From assembly GCA_963816145.1 (NCBI GenBank), contig CAWFJP010000003.1, forward strand, positions 640,001 to 704,000: DNA of 64,000 nucleotides, in the 5' to 3' direction. Below the pieces are notes generated by a model. It made no database searches, was not told the origin of the DNA, and saw only the letters and a program-made list of their open reading frames with translations. The DNA is from an uncultured delta proteobacterium. GTDB lineage: Bacteria; Desulfobacterota; Binatia; UBA9968. How positions within the stretch are numbered: position 1 is the stretch's first letter; every line of letters starts with the position of its first letter. The translations under genes and the position numbers were made by a program. Shown here in pieces: positions 58,891 through 64,000 of this stretch.

Positions 58891-58965
58891 GGAACGCTTT
58901 CGCAGGCTTCGTAGAATTGGGTTAAGCTCCAGCGAAAGCCAGCGATTCTTACGCTACCAATTCGA

Positions 58966-60078
58966 TTACCCCGTCAGCGTCTCCTTCAACCACTGGACAA
59001 TCACCGCCTGCGAGTTGCCGCCACCCATATGCCCACCGGCATAGAGACGGGACGATTTCGGCTTGCCATGTTCGAACAACAAATACATGTCGGCGATCGG
59101 AAAGACGCTGTCTTTGACGCCATTGACACAGAGTAGCGGCGCGCAGGGCTGGTCGAGTAGACCTTGATCGAGCAACGACAGTTTGGGCGCGTATTCGATC
59201 CATTCCTCGGCGGTAGATCGGCCGAAGGCGCAGGCCAAAGTCTCCGCCAACTCAAAGGGATACTCGCCGTGCTGGGCTTTGACGATCCAATCTTTTTGAA
59301 AAGCGAAATGCGCCGGGCCACCTTGATTCACCGCCGCGCGCAACCGGTGATGATGCGTATGCGCAACCTTGGTTGCCCAGTATCCGCCGGTGCTGCCGCC
59401 GTGAATCCCAACACGGCTCGAATCCAACTCAGGCCGGCTGGCAATGTAATCGAAAACCGCATCCCACAAGCGTTCGGCGTCCTCCGAGCCGGCCAGCGGC
59501 GCGTCGGCGACACCTGGCATGTCGATGGAAAGAGACGCCAAACCGGCGGCGAGATAAGGCTCACTGGGCCGCTCTTCTTTGAACGCGTCGATACCGCCCC
59601 ACAGCACCACCACCGGCGGCTTCACCACGCCCTTCGGCTTGCGCAACAGGGCCACCGAGACTGCGCCTTCGCCAGGCCGCCCTTGGAACGGCATCTCGAT
59701 CCGCTCCACCGGCGGATCGAAGTAGCGCGCCGCTTTGAGAAACAGTTCTTGGGATCTGCGATAGGCCGCCAGCTTGCCCGGTGAGTTGGGCGCCGGATAG
59801 CGCGCCACATGGTTGTAATCGTACGCGATCAGATACTCCTTCATAGCCGTCTGCGTATCCGCCGCCGCTTGCGCTTTGGCCGCGCTCTCTTCGTGGGGCG
59901 CGGCGAGCGCGCTGAAAGCTTTTGCCCACTCCTCCCGATCGACCGAGCGCAGTCCATGGATCACCGGCGCGACTTCATTGTAGATCGTGTAAAGAAACGG
60001 ATTGCGATTCTCTGTGGCCCGCCCCAATAACTCGCTCTTTACTTCGTCCATCGGCCGCGGTGCAAATGAATTTGCCAT
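58966..60078 (-). CDS. Alpha/beta hydrolase (FrsA / 2,6-dihydroxypseudooxynicotine hydrolase-like)
   Basis: GGIDAFKEE, DMPG, GGSTGGY, NGVKD and GGHM motifs. Confidence 0.85.
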   Translation of the reverse strand: MANSFAPRPMDEVKSELLGRATENRNPFLYTIYNEVAPVIHGLRSVDREEWAKAFSALAAPHEESAAKAQAAADTQTAMKEYLIAYDYNHVARYPAPNSPGKLAAYRRSQELFLKAARYFDPPVERIEMPFQGRPGEGAVSVALLRKPKGVVKPPVVVLWGGIDAFKEERPSEPYLAAGLASLSIDMPGVADAPLAGSEDAERLWDAVFDYIASRPELDSSRVGIHGGSTGGYWATKVAHTHHHRLRAAVNQGGPAHFAFQKDWIVKAQHGEYPFELAETLACAFGRSTAEEWIEYAPKLSLLDQGLLDQPCAPLLCVNGVKDSVFPIADMYLLFEHGKPKSSRLYAGGHMGGGNSQAVIVQWLKETLTG

Positions 60079-60319
60079 GCTCGACCCTCCATCCTCGATC
60101 AACAAAACACTTTAGCGACACTAGCCGAAGCGAGAAAGCCAAGTCAACGCCCACAAGATCAGTTGCCCGGTGACGTTGACAGTGTTCACAGTCTATAGGA
60201 CAAATGCACTTGGATGGCTTTCGAAGCGAACAATCAAGCGTGTTATCCGGTCAATCGGCGGCGGTTGCCGGCGCCGAGACGATTCCCGCAGCCGGGCAAT
60301 TCGACACGTACGCGATCTG

Positions 60320-61078
60320 ATGGGCCGATTGCTGCCGCCGTTTGTGGCAGTCGCCAGCGTCGTCGGTATCTGGTGGCTGCTCTATCTGATCTACCCGCGC
60401 CTGCTGCCGAGCCCGATGAGTACGTTCAGGGAAGCGATTCGCCTCGTGAGCGACGGTTCGTTTTTCTTTCACATGTCCCAGAGCCTGCGCCGGGTCTTCG
60501 TCGGCGCCACGGTCGCGATGATCTTTAGCGTCGCCGTCGGCATCTACATGGGCACGGTGCGCCTGGGCGAGCATTTCTTTCAGCCGCTGGTGGTCTTGGG
60601 GTTGACGATTCCTGGGCTCATGTGGGCGCTCATCGCCGTCATGCTGTTCGGCATCAACGAGTTCGCTTCCTATTTCGCCGTGGCGGTGACGACCTTTCCG
60701 ATGTTGGTGATCAATATTTGGGCCGGGGTGAAGTCCCTCGACAAGGAACTGATGGACATGAGCCATGTCTTTCACTTCACCAAATCGATGAAAATCACCC
60801 AGGTGATCTTGCCCCAATTGGTGTCGAACATATTCGCCGCTACGCGTTACGGTCTAGGGCTGGCGTGGAAAGTCGTCGTGGTCGTCGAGATGTTCGGCAC
60901 CAGCAACGGCGTCGGCTATCAAGTCATGAAGTCCTACCAAGTTTTCAACATGGAAGGCGTCATCGCCTGGACGCTGACCTTCGTCGTCGCCATGATCATT
61001 ATCGAATACGGCATCATCAATCTTGCCGAACGCCGGCTGACCGCCTGGCGGCCGAAGATCGACGTGTGGAGACGCTAG
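60320..61078 (+). CDS. NitT/TauT ABC transporter permease (true start probably near 60214, obscured by indels)
   Basis: LLPSP, SLRRV and WKVVVVVEMFGTSNGVG motifs. Confidence 0.88.
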   Translation: MGRLLPPFVAVASVVGIWWLLYLIYPRLLPSPMSTFREAIRLVSDGSFFFHMSQSLRRVFVGATVAMIFSVAVGIYMGTVRLGEHFFQPLVVLGLTIPGLMWALIAVMLFGINEFASYFAVAVTTFPMLVINIWAGVKSLDKELMDMSHVFHFTKSMKITQVILPQLVSNIFAATRYGLGLAWKVVVVVEMFGTSNGVGYQVMKSYQVFNMEGVIAWTLTFVVAMIIIEYGIINLAERRLTAWRPKIDVWRR

Positions 61079-61840
61079 ATGGCGGAGCTGGTCGTCGAGA
61101 ATATTGAGAAATGGTTTCGCCGCGAGGACGGCCAACCGTTTAAAGTCATCGACCGATTATCCTTCAATGCCAAAGAAGCTTCGGTCACCGTTTTAATCGG
61201 ACCTTCCGGGTGCGGCAAGTCGACGCTGCTCAATTCCATTGTTGGGCTTGAACGCCTCGACCGCGGTGCGTTGAAATTCGTCGATCACGGCAAGACCCAA
61301 GAGCGGCCGTTGATCGGTTATGTATTTCAAAGCCCGCGCCTGCTGCCGTGGAAGACCATCGGCGACAATTTACGCCTGGCTTTGAAAGGCGCCGGAGTCG
61401 CCGAAAGCGAGTGGGAGAAGCGGGTTCGTCACTATTTGGAACTGGTCGAACTCGAGGAATATATCAATCAATTCCCGCTCTATCTTTCCGGCGGCCAGCG
61501 GCAGCGTGTCGGACTGGCGCGCGCCTTGGCGATCGAGTCCGATCTGGTGTTGATGGACGAGCCGTTTGCCAGCGTCGATGAGCTGACCGCGCGCCAACTG
61601 CGCCAAACCACCCGGCGGCTGTGCGAGCAGCTGCACCGCACGGTATTATTTGTCACCCACAATCTCGCCGAAGCCGCCTACATGAGCGACTACGTCGTGA
61701 CGCTCACGCGGCGACCGGCGACACTCGATGCCTACGTAACGAATCCGTTACCGACGCCGCGACAATGGGGCCCGGAGATTTATGGCTTTGCCGCCGAACT
61801 CGAAACCAAAGTGACTCTCAAAGGGGAGGGAGAAACATGA
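61079..61840 (+). CDS. NitT/TauT ABC transporter ATP-binding protein
   Basis: GPSGCGKS, LSGGQRQR and LMDEPF motifs. Confidence 0.93.
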   Translation: MAELVVENIEKWFRREDGQPFKVIDRLSFNAKEASVTVLIGPSGCGKSTLLNSIVGLERLDRGALKFVDHGKTQERPLIGYVFQSPRLLPWKTIGDNLRLALKGAGVAESEWEKRVRHYLELVELEEYINQFPLYLSGGQRQRVGLARALAIESDLVLMDEPFASVDELTARQLRQTTRRLCEQLHRTVLFVTHNLAEAAYMSDYVVTLTRRPATLDAYVTNPLPTPRQWGPEIYGFAAELETKVTLKGEGET

Positions 61841-62806
61841 GAATAGCAATATTTCGCTATGATCGCCGTCATTGCCTGATTGCCGCCGCCGGAAGCGACG
61901 CCGGCGCCGGCCAAGCGATTCAGCCAATCAATATCGCCACCAGTGCGTCAGGCCAATCCGGCTACGTCGCCGCGCTGATCGAGGAACAAAGGTCTCGATG
62001 TTAAGTACGGCATCAAGATCACCAATCTGATGATGGACTTCACCGAGGCCGCCAACGCCGTCAAATTGGGCCGCGCCGTCGCCAGCGCGATGCAGCCGAG
62101 CACCGCGGTCAATCTAGTCAAGAGCGGCACGGATATCCGCTTGGTCACGCCGCAAATTTGGTCCGGTAACTCTTGGGTCGTCAAGAAAGATTCACCATAC
62201 AAATCTTTCGCCGATCTCAAGGGCAAAAAGATCGGCAACTTCGCCCGCGTCACTGGTGCCTACTTTTTCTCCGCGGTCATCGCCAAGGAGCACAAGCTCG
62301 ATCTCGAAAAGGATTTTCAGAGCATACCGGCGGAGACCGGTGCCTTGATCGCGCTTCTGGAACGCGGCGACGTCGAAGCGATCAACATGTTCGAACCCCA
62401 TGTCACGCGCTTGGTCATGTCGGGCCGCTACCGCGTTCTGCTCGATTTTGATATCGCCCTGGAAGAAATCTTCGGTGCGCCACCGCTCAAATCCACCGTC
62501 GGCATGCTCAAAGAAACGGTCGAGAAGCAGCCACAGCTGGTCAAAGCCCTGCGCAGCGCCTACGCCGACGCCGTGCAAATGATCAAGAAAGGCCAGGACG
62601 AAGATTTCTTCAAGTCCAAAGCCAAGGAGTTTTTCAATCTGAGTACGCCCGATGAAGTCGCCGCCGGGATCAAGGTCAACAAAGCAAACTTCGCCGACAA
62701 ATGGGGCGACAGCTTCTTTCAATCGCAGAACAAGATTCTACAATCCGGCATCGGCCTGGGACTTCTGCCCAATATCGGCGACCTTAACGCCCTGTGGATT
62801 AAATAG
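61837..62806 (+). CDS. ABC substrate-binding protein with frameshifts near 61853/61879 and 61989 (likely sequencing indels)
   Basis: Reconstructed MRIAIFAMIAVIALIAAAG..ALIEEQGLDVKYGIKITNLMMDF..DLKGKKIG; ATGA overlap with the ATPase gene. Confidence 0.8.
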
Positions 62807-62875
62807 CGTCTTTGGCTCTCTTGCCGCGCGCCCGACAAACCGTTGCGATAAGGGAGTTTTTCTGAATCTGACGAT

Positions 62876-62937
62876 TTGAACAGCTTGAACATTTTGAACG
62901 ATTGGAACTTTTGGAACTCGTGGAACCACTGGAACCC
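62876..62937 (+). repeat. Nonamer tandem repeat (TT(G)GAACNN)
   Basis: ttgaacagcttgaacattttgaacgattggaactttttggaactcgtggaaccactggaacc. Confidence 0.8.
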
Positions 62938-62957
62938 ATCGTAAGGATCATTGATGT

Positions 62958-63812
62958 TTACCGATTCGCCAAAACCTGCTTGCGCACCCATTCGGCAACA
63001 TCGCCGCGCCGAGCGAACCAAACATCCTTGTGGCTCTTTGCGTAGCTGATGATCTTCTCGAAAGTATCGATGAAGGGAATTCGCGAGATCAAATACGCGT
63101 GGGTGATGACGTTCATCATGGTCGGATTCTTGTCGCCAATCCGTAGACGGTAATCGAACTCGTCGGTGAATTTCTCGAAGAACTCCTGGCGCGTGCCCTC
63201 TTCCTGCATGCGATGATCGTTGATCGTATACTGATGCGGGAACTCGATAACTAATTTGTCACCGACCCAGATCGGATACGGCATCTCGTCATCGTGAAAA
63301 TCACAATGAAACTCTAAACCGGCTTCCGCTAGCAACTCCACCGTGTTGTCGGTCGGCCGCACACCCGGCGAAGACCAACCCTTGGGCCGTTCGCCGGTCA
63401 CTTTTACGATGGCATCGATGGTTTTGAGAATATTCTCGCGCTCCTGTTCGCGCGTCAGCATATACAGCCGCTCACCCTGGTCCCAACCATGGGCGACCAG
63501 CTCATGGCCGCGGTCGTAACAATCCTTAACCAGCTCCGGATAGTAGACACAGGTCAAGCCGTTCACTTGCACGCTAGTCTTAATGTCATAGCGATCGCAG
63601 ATATCGAGCAATCGTTTCAATCCGACTTTGGCGCCGAACTCACGAAAGGTCTCCGTCGACCAGTCCCGTTTCCATAACGCGTCTTTGGGCAGCGATGATT
63701 GCAGCGCCGCACCTTGGGTCGGTTTGGTTTTATCCCAGGCTTCGAAGGCGATTCCTAATACGAAAGCCACGCGGGCATTATTTGGCCATTTCAACGATTG
63801 GGGAACCGTCAT
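62958..63812 (-). CDS. Polysaccharide deacetylase family protein (PuuE/allantoinase-like)
   Basis: WPNNAR.A, EFG.KVG, HELVAHG, PKGW and DDEMPY motifs. Confidence 0.85.
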   Translation of the reverse strand: MTVPQSLKWPNNARVAFVLGIAFEAWDKTKPTQGAALQSSLPKDALWKRDWSTETFREFGAKVGLKRLLDICDRYDIKTSVQVNGLTCVYYPELVKDCYDRGHELVAHGWDQGERLYMLTREQERENILKTIDAIVKVTGERPKGWSSPGVRPTDNTVELLAEAGLEFHCDFHDDEMPYPIWVGDKLVIEFPHQYTINDHRMQEEGTRQEFFEKFTDEFDYRLRIGDKNPTMMNVITHAYLISRIPFIDTFEKIISYAKSHKDVWFARRGDVAEWVRKQVLANR

Positions 63813-64000
63813 CGATCGTCCTTTCCTACACGCTAACGACGAAAGGCAGGCTGCCCGCGCGTCAACGCAGCGCGACGATAGCAATCGCTATTTCCGTTTG
63901 TCAATTGTCGGCGCGGGTTGGGTTACAACATACAGAACCGGCGGCCGGGCGGCAGCGATTCCCACGGTAAGATGATGTAGATGGAAGGCAGTGGAGGGCG

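Noticed and set aside
1-64000. rRNA, tRNA, integrase, intact transposase, reverse transcriptase or known defence genes
   Set aside because: None recognised in the sequence or the ORF track by eye.

Overview
A GC-rich bacterial chromosomal region dominated by transport and catabolic genes. The gene content is typical of Candidatus Binatia (Binatota); this is inferred, not shown by a marker gene. It holds about 11 SsuA/THI5(NMT1)-like substrate-binding protein (SBP) genes plus one Bug/TctC gene, two NitT/TauT ABC cassettes, four amidohydrolase-fold genes, VOC and cupin proteins, an LLM monooxygenase, two beta-hydroxyacid dehydrogenases, an enoyl-CoA hydratase/aldehyde dehydrogenase pair, ald, phoD, a UPF0182 gene and an orphan NRPS A-T didomain. 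I saw no rRNA, tRNA, CRISPR array or intact transposase. Four things stand out. (1) Several unrelated families of non-autonomous palindromic and inverted micro-repeat elements fill many intergenic gaps and enter reading frames and signal peptides. (2) A co-oriented cluster at 25.8-30.7 kb encodes enzymes whose usual catalytic residues are replaced, including a Cys-free racemase-fold protein and an SBP-fold protein with no signal peptide. (3) A CbtB-like peptide is coupled to a non-CbtA partner. (4) There is an uncharacterised exported TPR-like gene pair, an unannotated 49-aa CGC/CxxH mini-protein and a possible small island near an IS200/IS605-like mini-element. Several single-base indels (ald, 52.4 kb, 60-62 kb) look like long-read sequencing errors.
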